DNA of 64,000 nt. It comes from Escherichia phage SkaterBoy_Bas90. Shown one piece after another: positions 7,657-18,136 of this stretch (its first letter is position 1; every line of letters starts with the position of its first letter). Both the position numbers and the translations under genes were made by a program. The stretch lies in the sequence record PQ850626.1; one strand, 5' to 3'. The notes below the pieces were generated by a model. It had not been told where the DNA came from. It made no database searches and worked only from the letters and a program-made list of their open reading frames with translations.

Positions 7657-10215
7657 ATGATCGTTTATAATAACCAAACACCTGATGCAGTGAATAACGT
7701 TGGGCAGTTTGGTGCTACTGAAGGCTCTATCGGAGCTTACAAGCAAGCAGCAGAATATGCAGCTGACTCCAAATATTGGGCACTGCTAGCAGAATCTAAG
7801 TTTGGTACAATTGATGATTTAATCGCTGAAGTAGAACGTCTATATCAACAGGGTGTTCTGATGAAGCAGGATATTGAAGATCTTAAGCAGGATTTTAAGG
7901 ATCAAGATGCTCGTTTGATGACTCTGATTGCCCAAACCAACGCAGCAGTATCGGATGCTAATAATGCCGTTGCTCTCATTAACCAAAAACTTATTGAAGT
8001 CCAGAATCAGCTTGATGTTCTGTTAGGAATGTCTGTTGATGTAACAACTCTCCCTCCGGGAACTCCAGCTACTGGCTCTTTTAATCCTAACACTGGTGTA
8101 ATCTCTTTAGGTATTCCAGAAGGTGATCCCGGAAAAGATGGTTCTGTTAAGGATTTGGATACAGCACCTACAGGTGTTCCAGAGCTAGGTGATTTAGGTT
8201 TCTATGTTGACAAAGATGACAACACCGTCCACAAAACTACTCTAGATAACATTGCTAACTTAATCCCATCTGTCCGTTCTGTCTCTATTAACGGCGGTCC
8301 AGCTCTTGATGGAGAGGTTGCTCTAACGCTTAACAAAGAGACGGTAGGTTTAGGAAATGTTCTGAACGTTGCTCAGTACAGTCGTCAAGAGATTAATGAC
8401 AAGTTTGATAAAACCACCAAGACATATCAATCTAAAGCAGAAGCTGATGCTGACGCTCAGTATCGCCAAGTTGGTGAGAAGGTCTTAGTTTGGGAAGCTA
8501 CTAAGTATGAATTTTATACTGTTGCTGCTAACAAAACATTAACTCCTGTTAAAACTGAAGGTAGAATTCTTACTGTTAATTCCCGTTCTCCAGACTCCAG
8601 TGGTAATATTGACATTACCATTCCAACAGGAAACCCTTCTCTATATCTTGGTGAGATGGTAATGTTCCCTTATGACCCAACAAAGAATATCTCCTATCCG
8701 GGCGTTCTTCCAGCCGATGGTCGTCTAGTGTCTAAAGAGTCTGCTTCAGATTTAGGCCCATCCCTTGTCAGTGGACAACTTCCTGTTGTTTCTGAAACTG
8801 AATGGCAAGCAGGGGCTAAACAATACTTCTCTTGGGGTAAATTGGCAGATGGTATTACCGATGCAGATTCTACTAATTTTATCAACATTCGACTTCCTGA
8901 TTGGACTGGAGGGGAGGCAATAAGAGCACCAGATTCTGATAAAGACTCTCAGTACAATGGGTCTGTACAGGCTCAGAAACCTTATGTTGTTACTGTAAAT
9001 AACCAAGCTCCTGATGAGATTACTGGTAATGTGAACATCTCCAGATCAATTTTAGGTGCTGCCGCTTCTGGTACAAACTCTGATATAACATCCCTCACGG
9101 GACTCACTACAGCACTGTCTGTCACACAAGGAGGCACTGGAGCTAAAAATGCTGCTAGTGCTCGTTCTAATCTAGGTCTAAGCTCCATAGCTACACTCAA
9201 CACAATTCCTATAGCTAATGGTGGTACAGGGGCAACTACTGTTGATGCTGCTCGTTCCAATTTATCTATAGATAGAGTTGATCAAGCCTCTGGGGAGAGT
9301 AGATTACTATCTCCTAACAAAGAAACCTACCTCTTTGTGGATAATAATGGGTGGGGATGTTACAGTACCTCGCCTGGAAGAGTTGGCGATTTGGCTCTAG
9401 GTGTTGAAAGAGGAGGCACTGGAGCTAAAAATGCTGCTAGTGCTCGTTCTAATCTAGGGTTGGGAAGTGTTTCTACTCTGGATAATGTACCTATTGCTAA
9501 TGGTGGGACAGGGGCTGGAGATGCTGCTGGTGCAAGGTTCAATATTGGAGCGCTAAGTAACACCCCAGCAAATTCAGGCGTAGGTGGTACTGGGGATCGT
9601 GTCCAACATGCCTCCGGGAACGGCCTGTTTACTTTAGACTTGTTTAACTGCTACTGGTATATGCAGCCAGAGGATACTAACTTCTGGATTGCCCACGGTG
9701 TGTCATATGCAGGGTCTGGTGGCGAAGCCTCACAATACGGTCGCATATCTTACGCAATAAAGATTGCAGACGGAACAATAAAATATGTCCATTGTCTTAC
9801 AAACAAAAACACCACTGTTGATGTAAACGGATTTATCAAAGCGGCATCTCCGGTAGTTCATATTTACTCCGACGGTCGATATGAGACGAACGAGGAATCT
9901 GAGGGGGTTAATGTCATTCGGCAAGGTGTTGGTGAGTACTTGATTACCGGTTGCCTTGGCTTAAACGCAGATGCAAAATGGGGAGGCATTGACGGCGGCT
10001 TTGAAATCCCTACTGACCGCAACAAACAACCTAGGGTTTGGCTGGACTATGAGATTAAAGAAGATGGTTCTATTTTAGTTAAAACCTATCACAGAACCCA
10101 TCCAACCTCTCCGGTTTTTGCTAGAAATGAGATAGAAGGTTTTTCTGACGGTGATCCTATTGATATCCCGAGTGATGCTTTTATTTCAGTTCGTGTTGAA
10201 ATGCCTTCTGAGTAA
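7657..10215 (+). CDS. tail fibre protein
   Basis: 852 aa; N-terminal coiled coil, collagen-like 'GIPEGDPGKDG', two copies of fibre repeat 'GGTGAKNAASARSNLGL...IANGGTGA'. Confidence 0.65.
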   Translation: MIVYNNQTPDAVNNVGQFGATEGSIGAYKQAAEYAADSKYWALLAESKFGTIDDLIAEVERLYQQGVLMKQDIEDLKQDFKDQDARLMTLIAQTNAAVSDANNAVALINQKLIEVQNQLDVLLGMSVDVTTLPPGTPATGSFNPNTGVISLGIPEGDPGKDGSVKDLDTAPTGVPELGDLGFYVDKDDNTVHKTTLDNIANLIPSVRSVSINGGPALDGEVALTLNKETVGLGNVLNVAQYSRQEINDKFDKTTKTYQSKAEADADAQYRQVGEKVLVWEATKYEFYTVAANKTLTPVKTEGRILTVNSRSPDSSGNIDITIPTGNPSLYLGEMVMFPYDPTKNISYPGVLPADGRLVSKESASDLGPSLVSGQLPVVSETEWQAGAKQYFSWGKLADGITDADSTNFINIRLPDWTGGEAIRAPDSDKDSQYNGSVQAQKPYVVTVNNQAPDEITGNVNISRSILGAAASGTNSDITSLTGLTTALSVTQGGTGAKNAASARSNLGLSSIATLNTIPIANGGTGATTVDAARSNLSIDRVDQASGESRLLSPNKETYLFVDNNGWGCYSTSPGRVGDLALGVERGGTGAKNAASARSNLGLGSVSTLDNVPIANGGTGAGDAAGARFNIGALSNTPANSGVGGTGDRVQHASGNGLFTLDLFNCYWYMQPEDTNFWIAHGVSYAGSGGEASQYGRISYAIKIADGTIKYVHCLTNKNTTVDVNGFIKAASPVVHIYSDGRYETNEESEGVNVIRQGVGEYLITGCLGLNADAKWGGIDGGFEIPTDRNKQPRVWLDYEIKEDGSILVKTYHRTHPTSPVFARNEIEGFSDGDPIDIPSDAFISVRVEMPSE
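9130..9176. repeat. 47-bp perfect direct repeat, copy 1 (within tail fibre gene)
   Basis: ggaggcactggagctaaaaatgctgctagtgctcgttctaatctagg. Confidence 0.8.
9412..9458. repeat. 47-bp perfect direct repeat, copy 2 (282 bp downstream, in frame)
   Basis: identical 47-mer. Confidence 0.8.
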
Positions 10216-10224
10216 TTTAACAAT

Positions 10225-10240
10225 GCTCCCTTCGGGGGGC
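10225..10240 (+). other. UUCG-tetraloop GC hairpin after tail fibre gene (weak terminator or RNA-stability element)
   Basis: GCTCCC-TTCG-GGGGGC, only 3 T after. Confidence 0.4.
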
Positions 10241-10255
10241 TTTAAGGAGATTTAA

Positions 10256-12448
10256 ATGTCTAGAGAATTAATGCCCAAATCTGGTATAATGATGCCTCAT
10301 GTGGTTGTAACCAGAGACGCGGCTGTTGTTGGGGTTTCTACTGTAGATGGACAGGCTGGAGCTATTAACCTCACCGGAAAATATTTACAGAAAACCGACG
10401 CAGCTGCTACCTATCAAACTAAAACAGAGGGTGCATCTAAAGATTTTGTGCTGGATTCGATTCAACCTATTATGTCTGGTGCGCTGTTCCGAGAAGACCC
10501 TTGGGTTGTTAATGATACCCCATTCCGTTCTACTGGAGCTAATGGTGTAGAATCAGTTGATATGATGAAAGTTACTACTGATAACTCAATCAAGATTGGT
10601 AGTTATGCCTCTTCAGTTCAAGGTGTAGAGATTCATTCTGCTGGTCGTCTTCAGGTTGTTGACCAGAATGACTCTGGGGTAGAAACTAAGTATCCAGTTT
10701 ATTCTAAACGTTACCGTCCTGAGATTGAGGATTTGCCTTTTGCTGCAATTGGTTCTTATGTTAAAGACTCTAAAGGTCGTACGGTAGGTGTTACTCGTAC
10801 AGGGATTAACTCTGATATCAAACAGCTCACACAGAAAGTTACTTTCACTCAACCAGTAACTGTCCCTGATGCAGTTGGTGATTATGATGCAGTCACTTTG
10901 AGACAGCTTCGAAACAGTGGTGGTGGCTCTGGTGGTCCTACGATGAGCGGTATCTCTAACTTTGGTATCGGTGATTTTCACTTACGGGATAGTCGAGCTT
11001 TCATCCCAGCTTTTGAAGTGTTTTCTGATGGTCAGCTTCTAAATCGTGCAGACTATCCAGACCTGTGGGCTTATGCACAGCTGTTATCTCCTATTGAAGA
11101 CTCTTTGTGGCTAGAAGACCCTTATCAAAGAGGTAGATACTCTAAGGGTGATGGCACAACTACTTTCCGTGTTCCAGACCGAAATGGTATTCAGCCTAAC
11201 TCCCTTCAGGCTCTTTATGGACGAGGTGATGGTGGTGCTTCCGCAGCTAATGGTCAAGTATTTGATTCTGCGGCCCCAGACATTGTCGGCGCTGTTGCAG
11301 CATACTCTGCTGGAACTTATGCCCAGCTTTTTGGAGTAGCTACCAATGCATTTTCATCTAGTAATGCCTTCTTTCCTGACGGTACAGGGGATACAATACC
11401 TCCGGGGTCTGGGCCAGTCGATGGTCGATATAACACTGTTGAGTTTAAGGCTTCCAAATATAATGGAATTTATGGTCGCAGTAACACAGAGATTATGGGT
11501 CGTAACTTTGTTGGTGTGTGGACTATTCGCGCTAATGGTGGGTTTGTCGCTGCTAACACTTCTTGGAGTGTCATTAATAGCGATAGCGCAGCTCCGGCTC
11601 TAAATACTTCTGTGGTTGGTGGTAAGGTAGAATCTAAATATACTAACCCAACCTCTTCCCAATATGCTCGTATTTATGTTTCCTCTTCTTGGGGAAGTGT
11701 TTGCTCTGCCGTGATTGAAGCACAAGGTGCAAGTGTTCACGCTTATAAGTTTTATGAGGATGGCACTGTTGATTTTAGGCAGTCTGGTAAGACAAACCCA
11801 TTCCGCATGTACACACCAACTGGAACTTGGACTGGACTGACGGATGCGGGGCCAAACAATTTAACCACCAATGGAATGGATAGGGTGGCGATTTCTAGTG
11901 GCTCTGACACAGTGGTGCGTGGGTACTCTATTGGAGGATCTAAACCTAATGGTTATCCAACCAAGGTTGGGTATCATATGTATTTGCCGGGAAGTGCCGC
12001 CTTCGGTGTCGCCTGTACAACTATTGGAGGAGACAACGGAAAGTTCTGTCGATATTTTTACGACATAGACGGGCAGATGTATGGCTCAACTGATTATGGA
12101 AACTTTAGCTATACAAAGAGTGGTGTCTCGGATGAAAACCTGAAACATAACATTGTTGATATTGATGCAGAAAGAGCTATTGAAGTAATAAAAGGACTGA
12201 AGTTCAAATCCTTTGTTTACAACGATGATGAGAAGAATCGATCTCGTCGTGGTATCATTGCACAGCAGGCAGAGACGGTAGAACCTCTGTATGTCAAGAC
12301 TCGCAAATACCCAGGAATGGAGAAAGGCTCTCCAGAAATTGAGCAGAAAGAGCTAGACACTACTCCAATGCTCCTTGACACTATGCAAGTAGTTCAAGAC
12401 CTTCTGAAGCGTATTGAAGTTCTGGAATCGAAGTTAGCAGAGAAGTAA
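10256..12448 (+). CDS. tail fibre/spike with C-terminal intramolecular chaperone (endosialidase-chaperone, S74-like) domain
   Basis: 730 aa; C-terminal 'SDENLKHNIVDIDAERAIEVIKGLKFKSFVY...' matches autoproteolytic chaperone signature. Confidence 0.7.
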   Translation: MSRELMPKSGIMMPHVVVTRDAAVVGVSTVDGQAGAINLTGKYLQKTDAAATYQTKTEGASKDFVLDSIQPIMSGALFREDPWVVNDTPFRSTGANGVESVDMMKVTTDNSIKIGSYASSVQGVEIHSAGRLQVVDQNDSGVETKYPVYSKRYRPEIEDLPFAAIGSYVKDSKGRTVGVTRTGINSDIKQLTQKVTFTQPVTVPDAVGDYDAVTLRQLRNSGGGSGGPTMSGISNFGIGDFHLRDSRAFIPAFEVFSDGQLLNRADYPDLWAYAQLLSPIEDSLWLEDPYQRGRYSKGDGTTTFRVPDRNGIQPNSLQALYGRGDGGASAANGQVFDSAAPDIVGAVAAYSAGTYAQLFGVATNAFSSSNAFFPDGTGDTIPPGSGPVDGRYNTVEFKASKYNGIYGRSNTEIMGRNFVGVWTIRANGGFVAANTSWSVINSDSAAPALNTSVVGGKVESKYTNPTSSQYARIYVSSSWGSVCSAVIEAQGASVHAYKFYEDGTVDFRQSGKTNPFRMYTPTGTWTGLTDAGPNNLTTNGMDRVAISSGSDTVVRGYSIGGSKPNGYPTKVGYHMYLPGSAAFGVACTTIGGDNGKFCRYFYDIDGQMYGSTDYGNFSYTKSGVSDENLKHNIVDIDAERAIEVIKGLKFKSFVYNDDEKNRSRRGIIAQQAETVEPLYVKTRKYPGMEKGSPEIEQKELDTTPMLLDTMQVVQDLLKRIEVLESKLAEK

Positions 12449-12451
12449 GAT

Positions 12452-12470
12452 AAGCCCCTTCGGGGGCTTT
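12452..12470 (+). other. UUCG-tetraloop GC hairpin after 10256-12448
   Basis: AAGCCCC-TTCG-GGGGCTT, no T tract. Confidence 0.4.
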
Positions 12471-12518
12471 AGTAGTAAGTACCCTTAGTAAGTAATGAAA
12501 CTAATATATCCCAAGAGG

Positions 12519-12530
12519 TTAATATATAGG
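12519..12530 (+). promoter_or_regulatory. TTAATATATAGG motif upstream of 12541 gene
   Basis: member of recurring motif family; overlaps SD. Confidence 0.25.
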
Positions 12531-12540
12531 AGACACTCAA

Positions 12541-12759
12541 ATGAAAATGATGAAACAAGCTGCATATGGTTTAATATGTTTAGGCGCAGGTGTTGTGGTA
12601 TCCACCGCAGTTCCTGTAGGCGCAGTTCATCCATTAGTAACTGTCCCTGCTCCAGTAGAGAAGCTCAGCTCTCAATGTAAGCAGAGAACAATTCAAAATA
12701 ACTTAGTTGTTATTTGCCCTGATGCTGAATCTAACGCTCTGAGAAAGATACTACCTTAA
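12541..12759 (+). CDS. small secreted/membrane protein (possible single-TMD holin)
   Basis: 72 aa, strong SD TAGGAGA; N-terminal hydrophobic segment 'AAYGLICLGAGVVVSTAVPVGAV', charged C-terminus; immediately upstream of lysozyme. Confidence 0.4.
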   Translation: MKMMKQAAYGLICLGAGVVVSTAVPVGAVHPLVTVPAPVEKLSSQCKQRTIQNNLVVICPDAESNALRKILP

Positions 12760-12788
12760 TTTAAAGGGACCACAAAAGGAGGTTAGAA

Positions 12789-13280
12789 ATGGATAACGCC
12801 GCATTGCCACCTGTACAACTAAACTTAAGCCCAGCTGGAATGGAATTCATCATGAAGCATGAGGGTATGAGAACCAAGGCTTATAAAGATTCCGCAGGTA
12901 TCTGGACTATATGTGTAGGGGCTACGCGCGATATGAATGGTTATCCGGTTAGACAAGGATTAACGTATTCTATAGAGGATTGTCTAGCTCTGCTAGATAG
13001 AGACACACAAGACTCTGTTCGTGCTACTCAGAAGAACATAAAGGTTCCTTTACTAGTTCATGAGTTTGATGCACTCACTTCTTTCAACTTCAATGTTGGC
13101 AGTGGGGCTTTGAGCACATCTAAGTTAAGGAAGGTTATCAATGGAGAGGTGAAAGGGGATGTATATTCCGAATTTCTTCGTTGGGATAAAATAACGGTCA
13201 AGGGAGAGAAGCAGAGAAGTCAGGGTCTTCATAATAGAAGGGTTGCAGAAGCTGATCTTTACACCGAAGGTAAATATTAA
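12789..13280 (+). CDS. phage lysozyme (GH24-type)
   Basis: 163 aa; 'KHEGMRTKAYKDSAGIWTICVGAT' matches E...D...T catalytic region of T4/lambda-type lysozymes. Confidence 0.8.
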   Translation: MDNAALPPVQLNLSPAGMEFIMKHEGMRTKAYKDSAGIWTICVGATRDMNGYPVRQGLTYSIEDCLALLDRDTQDSVRATQKNIKVPLLVHEFDALTSFNFNVGSGALSTSKLRKVINGEVKGDVYSEFLRWDKITVKGEKQRSQGLHNRRVAEADLYTEGKY

Positions 13281-13292
13281 TGGAGGTGCCTT

Positions 13293-14096
13293 TTGGCTAT
13301 CGAAACTAATGCGGTAGTTATTACCGACTTAAACCCGCTCTATCCTAGAGACAGGGATTACATCTACGAAGGGGCGGCTCAAATCCGCCTCATTAAACAA
13401 ACGTTACAGAACACATTCCCCAATGTTACAGAGCCAGTTGATATAGATTCTGACACCTTTAAGATCATGTCAGAGAAGCTCAAGTTTACTGGCGATGCAA
13501 TGGATGTTGGTGGTCTTATGATCAAGAATGTTACTCCGGGAACTGGTGACAAGGATGTTGTTACTAAAGGCCAGATGGAAGCGTTCATGAAGAACTGGAT
13601 GGAGAATAAGCTCTATCGAATTGGTTCTTACTACATCACTGAAGAAGACATTAACCCCGGTGATTCAATCTCCTTAGGGTTTGGCTCTTGGGCTAAAGTG
13701 ACTGGTGTTATCATGGGTACTGGTGTAGTAAACCCTGATGGTTCTGTTCCTAACGCTCAAAGAGTTGAGTTCCAAGCAGGTGGTACTGGTGGTCGTGTCT
13801 TCAATACTATTCGAACTGAGAACGTACCTTTGATGACAGTTAATGGCTCCAGCTTCTCTCTATCCAGTAATACTCACAGTCACAACATGGTATTTGGTCG
13901 TGGAGATGCTAGTGGTCATAACAGCTCGCCAAACTGGTATAGTCCGGGTGGTGGATATAGTCAGAGAACTGATAATGACACACATACTCATACAATCTCT
14001 GGTAGTGTAAGTCTTGGTCGTGATGATATCTCTCGTCAACCTATTAACACTTTGCCACCATTCAGAGCAGCTCACATTTGGAGACGTATTAGCTAA
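13293..14096 (+). CDS. tail fibre-like protein with His-x-His repeats
   Basis: 267 aa, TTG start with SD GGAGGTG; 'SSNTHSHNMV...DNDTHTHTISGS' HxH motifs as in fibre tip domains. Confidence 0.45.
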   Translation: MAIETNAVVITDLNPLYPRDRDYIYEGAAQIRLIKQTLQNTFPNVTEPVDIDSDTFKIMSEKLKFTGDAMDVGGLMIKNVTPGTGDKDVVTKGQMEAFMKNWMENKLYRIGSYYITEEDINPGDSISLGFGSWAKVTGVIMGTGVVNPDGSVPNAQRVEFQAGGTGGRVFNTIRTENVPLMTVNGSSFSLSSNTHSHNMVFGRGDASGHNSSPNWYSPGGGYSQRTDNDTHTHTISGSVSLGRDDISRQPINTLPPFRAAHIWRRIS

Positions 14097-14105
14097 GGAG
14101 GAATT

Positions 14106-17100
14106 ATGGCGCTGTATCCAATAAAGTCACTAGGTGCTGTGGGCGTTATCGCTGATCAGGCTCCGACAGACTTAGCTCCTAATGCTTTCACTAATGCTAT
14201 AAATGCTCGATTTGTTGAGCAGAGAGTATTTAAGACGGGGGGCAATGCCCCTCTTTCTTATGTAGATGAAGATAAGGATTTAACCCCTCTGTCTTTCGTT
14301 TCTATGCCTTTCGATTATTATAGCGCAGGTAATAGCTTTCTTGTTGTAGGTACAAATAAGAAGTTATATAAACTAACAGATGAAAGCTTGACTGATATTA
14401 GCCGTAAGGTTGCTACAGTCACTAAGAAGGCTTCTGCCTCAATTAAGATTTATCCAGTTGTTTCTCAGATCGTTCCTAAAGAATCAACTATCTCAATGAA
14501 CTTCAATCAGACCAAGAATCTAGAGGTTTCTCTTCTCCCTGCTGATGCTAACAATACCGATCTTATTTGGGAGGTTAGTAACTCATCCTATGGAAGTATT
14601 ACGGTAGACCCTAGTGACTCTAAACTTGCTACTCTAACATCTTTTGAGAAAGAGGGTAATCTTGTAGTAACTATCTCTACTGCCAATGAATCTGTAGTGG
14701 CTCAGATTGCTGTTAATATCATCGATGGTGATTCAGGCATCTTCTTGAGTCAAGATACTGTTACAATTCGTAAAGGAGGGACTACTACTCTCACGGCTGT
14801 TACTGGCAAAACTCCTGTAACTTGGTCCAGCAATAACGCTTCTATTGTATCTGTAACTCCTAACGCCAACTCTTTAACTGCTGTCATTACAGCGAATGGA
14901 GAAGGTAATGTAACAATCACTGCTGATAACGGGACTAAGACTGCTTCTTGTGAGATTGTTTCTATCCCTCAGATTGATAGCATTTCTTTAAGCCAGTCAG
15001 ATGTTACTGTGAGTAGAGGTTCTCAGTATATCTTAACTGCTACCCTTTCTCCTGCTAACGCCCCTAATCAAAATATTACTTGGACCTCTTCTAATCCAAA
15101 TATTGCAACAGTATCAGGGACTGGCACACAAGGGACGATCAACGCTCTACTTGCTGGTTTTACTGAGATTACAGCTACCACTGAAGAAGGTAGCAGAGTT
15201 GCTGTCTGTACTGTACGTGTGGATTTAGCTGGAAGGACAATGAGAACAAGTGCTATGGCATTTGCCGCTCCTGTGTCAGAGTCAGTAGAAACTCAAGAGG
15301 AAGAAGTAGTAACTCCTCCTGAAAGTGAAGAGACGGTTTATTTTGCTGAGCCTACATCCGGTATTGATACGTCAGGGATGTACGAAGGTAATAACTTCTA
15401 TGACTACTCTAACGTGAACGACATTGAAGGTTTTGCAAGAGCTTCTTTACTGGCAACCCCTCTGTCATCTGTAACCTTAGATATTGTCAGCGCTTCTCTT
15501 GATGTTGGTGAAGAGATTGTCATTACCGCTACGGCTTCTCCAGAAGGCGATTATTCTTATCAATGGTCTGTTGATAAAACTGGCTATGTTTCTACAACTT
15601 CAGTCACTGGTAAATCTATCAAACTGGTTGCTCTCCGTAAAGGGGAGATTAATGTAACTTGTACTGTTAGTCAGATGACTCAGAAAGATTACGATGCTTT
15701 TGATGACTATCCTTGGTATCACGCTGTTATCTCTAACTGTGCAGTTGCTACAACTCACTATGAAACTCCTCAGGTAAAAGAATTCGAATCAGAATACTTT
15801 GTAGACCTTCCGGGGTGGGGTGAGCAAACAGTTGTTGATAATGATGGAAACCCTTCAGTCAAGAAGTTTAACTGGAAATGTGAGAGAGTAAGATCTTTTA
15901 ACAACCGTCTTTTTGCTCTGAATATGAGAGAGGCTAATGCTTCTGGTGTTACCACTAACTACCCGCTTCGTCTTCGTTGGTCTAACTTTGCCAATGAGAA
16001 CAAGGCTCCTACACTGTGGGATGACTTTGCCTATGATCGAGTTGTGTCTTCGGACTTAGCTTCTAACATCGTAGGGCAGACTCAGGCTCTAGAGAATGGG
16101 TATGCTGGTTACATTGACTTAGCTGACTCTAATGGTAGCTTGATTGATATCCTGCCTCTTAAAGATTACTTGTTCGTTTACACAGAGTTTGAAACGTATA
16201 TTGGTTCTCCGACTAATAACACGTACCAACCTCTAATGTTCAAGAAGCTCTTTAACGACTCTGGTATCCTTGCTCCTGAGTGTGTAGTTGAAGTAGAAGG
16301 TAGTCACTTCGTAGTTACTCAGAACGATGTAATCTTACATAATGGTGCAACCAAGAAATCAATTGCATCTAACCGTGTCAAGAACATGCTGATTAACGAG
16401 GTGTGTCTGGTTAACCCTCTAGCAACTAGAGTACACTTGCATCAGGATAAGAAAGAAGTCTGGGTTCTCTATGTAGGACCGGGGGAGCCAAAAGAAAGCT
16501 TCGCTTGTACCAAAGCTGCTGTATGGAATTATGAGTTTGATACCTGGTCTTTCCGTACTATCCCATATGCTCAGTGTATTGGTCTGGTTGATCCTCCTGT
16601 TTTAGAAAGAGGTCCAATCTGGTCTGACTTCCAAGAAATCACTTGGGATGACCCATCTATTAAAGAACTCGTTTGGAGAAAGGATGCAACAAACTTTAGA
16701 CAGAGGGTTACGATAGTAGGTTCATTCTTGAAGGGATTCTATCAAGTGGATGTAGGTGCTCTTGATTATTTCTATGACAGGCTAAACGATGTTGTTATAG
16801 AGAAGCCTCTGGAAATGAGGTTGGAGAGGACTGGTATAGATTTTGATAATGTGACGAATGAGTGGAATCAGAAGCATATTAACAGGTTCCGACCTCAGAC
16901 AACTGGTTCAGGTACTTACATATTTGAAGCTGGTGGTAGTCAATTCTCAAATGAATATGGACACCCACACACATCTAAGACATATACGATCGGTGTTGAC
17001 AGGCATGTCTCGGTGAGACTGAACCATCCATACCTTTTCTATAATGTTATAGATAATGATGTTAATAGTAATGCTGCTATCAATGGTTTAACGATAGAGT

Positions 17101-17123
17101 TTGCTGTTGGCGGGCGGAGATAA
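14106..17123 (+). CDS. large virion protein with tandem Ig-like (Big_2) domains
   Basis: 1005 aa; repeated ~80 aa S/T-rich units 'VTIRKGGTTTLTAVTGKTPVTWSSNNASIVSV...'. Confidence 0.6.
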   Translation: MALYPIKSLGAVGVIADQAPTDLAPNAFTNAINARFVEQRVFKTGGNAPLSYVDEDKDLTPLSFVSMPFDYYSAGNSFLVVGTNKKLYKLTDESLTDISRKVATVTKKASASIKIYPVVSQIVPKESTISMNFNQTKNLEVSLLPADANNTDLIWEVSNSSYGSITVDPSDSKLATLTSFEKEGNLVVTISTANESVVAQIAVNIIDGDSGIFLSQDTVTIRKGGTTTLTAVTGKTPVTWSSNNASIVSVTPNANSLTAVITANGEGNVTITADNGTKTASCEIVSIPQIDSISLSQSDVTVSRGSQYILTATLSPANAPNQNITWTSSNPNIATVSGTGTQGTINALLAGFTEITATTEEGSRVAVCTVRVDLAGRTMRTSAMAFAAPVSESVETQEEEVVTPPESEETVYFAEPTSGIDTSGMYEGNNFYDYSNVNDIEGFARASLLATPLSSVTLDIVSASLDVGEEIVITATASPEGDYSYQWSVDKTGYVSTTSVTGKSIKLVALRKGEINVTCTVSQMTQKDYDAFDDYPWYHAVISNCAVATTHYETPQVKEFESEYFVDLPGWGEQTVVDNDGNPSVKKFNWKCERVRSFNNRLFALNMREANASGVTTNYPLRLRWSNFANENKAPTLWDDFAYDRVVSSDLASNIVGQTQALENGYAGYIDLADSNGSLIDILPLKDYLFVYTEFETYIGSPTNNTYQPLMFKKLFNDSGILAPECVVEVEGSHFVVTQNDVILHNGATKKSIASNRVKNMLINEVCLVNPLATRVHLHQDKKEVWVLYVGPGEPKESFACTKAAVWNYEFDTWSFRTIPYAQCIGLVDPPVLERGPIWSDFQEITWDDPSIKELVWRKDATNFRQRVTIVGSFLKGFYQVDVGALDYFYDRLNDVVIEKPLEMRLERTGIDFDNVTNEWNQKHINRFRPQTTGSGTYIFEAGGSQFSNEYGHPHTSKTYTIGVDRHVSVRLNHPYLFYNVIDNDVNSNAAINGLTIEFAVGGRR

Positions 17124-17128
17124 CAACA

Positions 17129-17156
17129 AGGGGCTTCGTGCCCCTTTTATTGTTTT
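17129..17156 (+). terminator. rho-independent terminator
   Basis: AGGGGC-TTCGT-GCCCCT then ttttattgtttt. Confidence 0.7.
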
Positions 17157-17166
17157 GGAGGAACTT

Positions 17167-18135
17167 ATGGGTGCAGGTGGTTTTCGTAAGAACACTGGTC
17201 GCAATAACACCACACTCCCGTACAACGTTGGGTTTCTCAATAATGTACAGGACACAGAAACATATAACGTAGCCGTGTATGATGAATTACAAAAAGTTAG
17301 CACAGCTACTAACCAAATGTTCCAAGCTATAGATGAAATTCACGAAGAGATTGATGTTCGTATTAAAGCTCTTAATGCAATGAATCTACAATTCGATGAG
17401 CTTGAGAATAGAATTACTACAGAGATAGAGACAGCTATTGCCGATATCCAAACACAGATGGGGAACCTCTCCACTGAAGATATTTGGGATAATTCTGTTC
17501 AACCTCCTGTAAAATTAGAAAGCACTGTATCTGGCTTTAAGACAAGTATTGAAGGTAACACAACCAAGATTCAAACTGTAGAAGGTATCGTCAACGACCA
17601 AGGTCAAGAGATTGCTTTGGTTCAGACAGAGATTCAAAATATTAATGGAAGCCTATCTCAGTATATGAAGCTCTCTGAATATGAAGCTACGTGGGGTATT
17701 AACTCTACAGTAAACGGAAGATATGCTGGGGTCAAGTTAACTAACAACGGAACAAACAGTCAATTCCAAGTAACAGCTAACAAGTTTATTGTTGGTGATG
17801 GCAGCTCTGGTAACACACCTTTTGTGTTTGAGGGTGGTAGGGCTAGGATGGAGTTCGCTGACATAAAGAACGTCAACATCACAACAGCTCAGATTGCCAA
17901 CGCTAGGATCCAATGGGCACAGATTGATAACGTATCTATCTCCAATGCTCAGATTCAGAACTTGTCAGCGGATAAGATTACTGCTGGCTCTATGTGGGGT
18001 TCTAACTGGAGACTTACTGTTGGTGGGGACTTTGTTATGGGTGGCACAGGTGGGGCACAATTGTGGATGAATGGTAACAGAATAGACTTCTACGATGGAA
18101 GCGGTGCTCTGAGAATCAGGATAGGGAGTTGGTAA
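17167..18135 (+). CDS. tail fibre/tail tip protein
   Basis: track ORF 17101-18135; start moved to ATG 17167 (SD GGAGG 5 nt upstream, after terminator). Confidence 0.5.
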   Translation: MGAGGFRKNTGRNNTTLPYNVGFLNNVQDTETYNVAVYDELQKVSTATNQMFQAIDEIHEEIDVRIKALNAMNLQFDELENRITTEIETAIADIQTQMGNLSTEDIWDNSVQPPVKLESTVSGFKTSIEGNTTKIQTVEGIVNDQGQEIALVQTEIQNINGSLSQYMKLSEYEATWGINSTVNGRYAGVKLTNNGTNSQFQVTANKFIVGDGSSGNTPFVFEGGRARMEFADIKNVNITTAQIANARIQWAQIDNVSISNAQIQNLSADKITAGSMWGSNWRLTVGGDFVMGGTGGAQLWMNGNRIDFYDGSGALRIRIGSW

Positions 18136-18136
18136 T

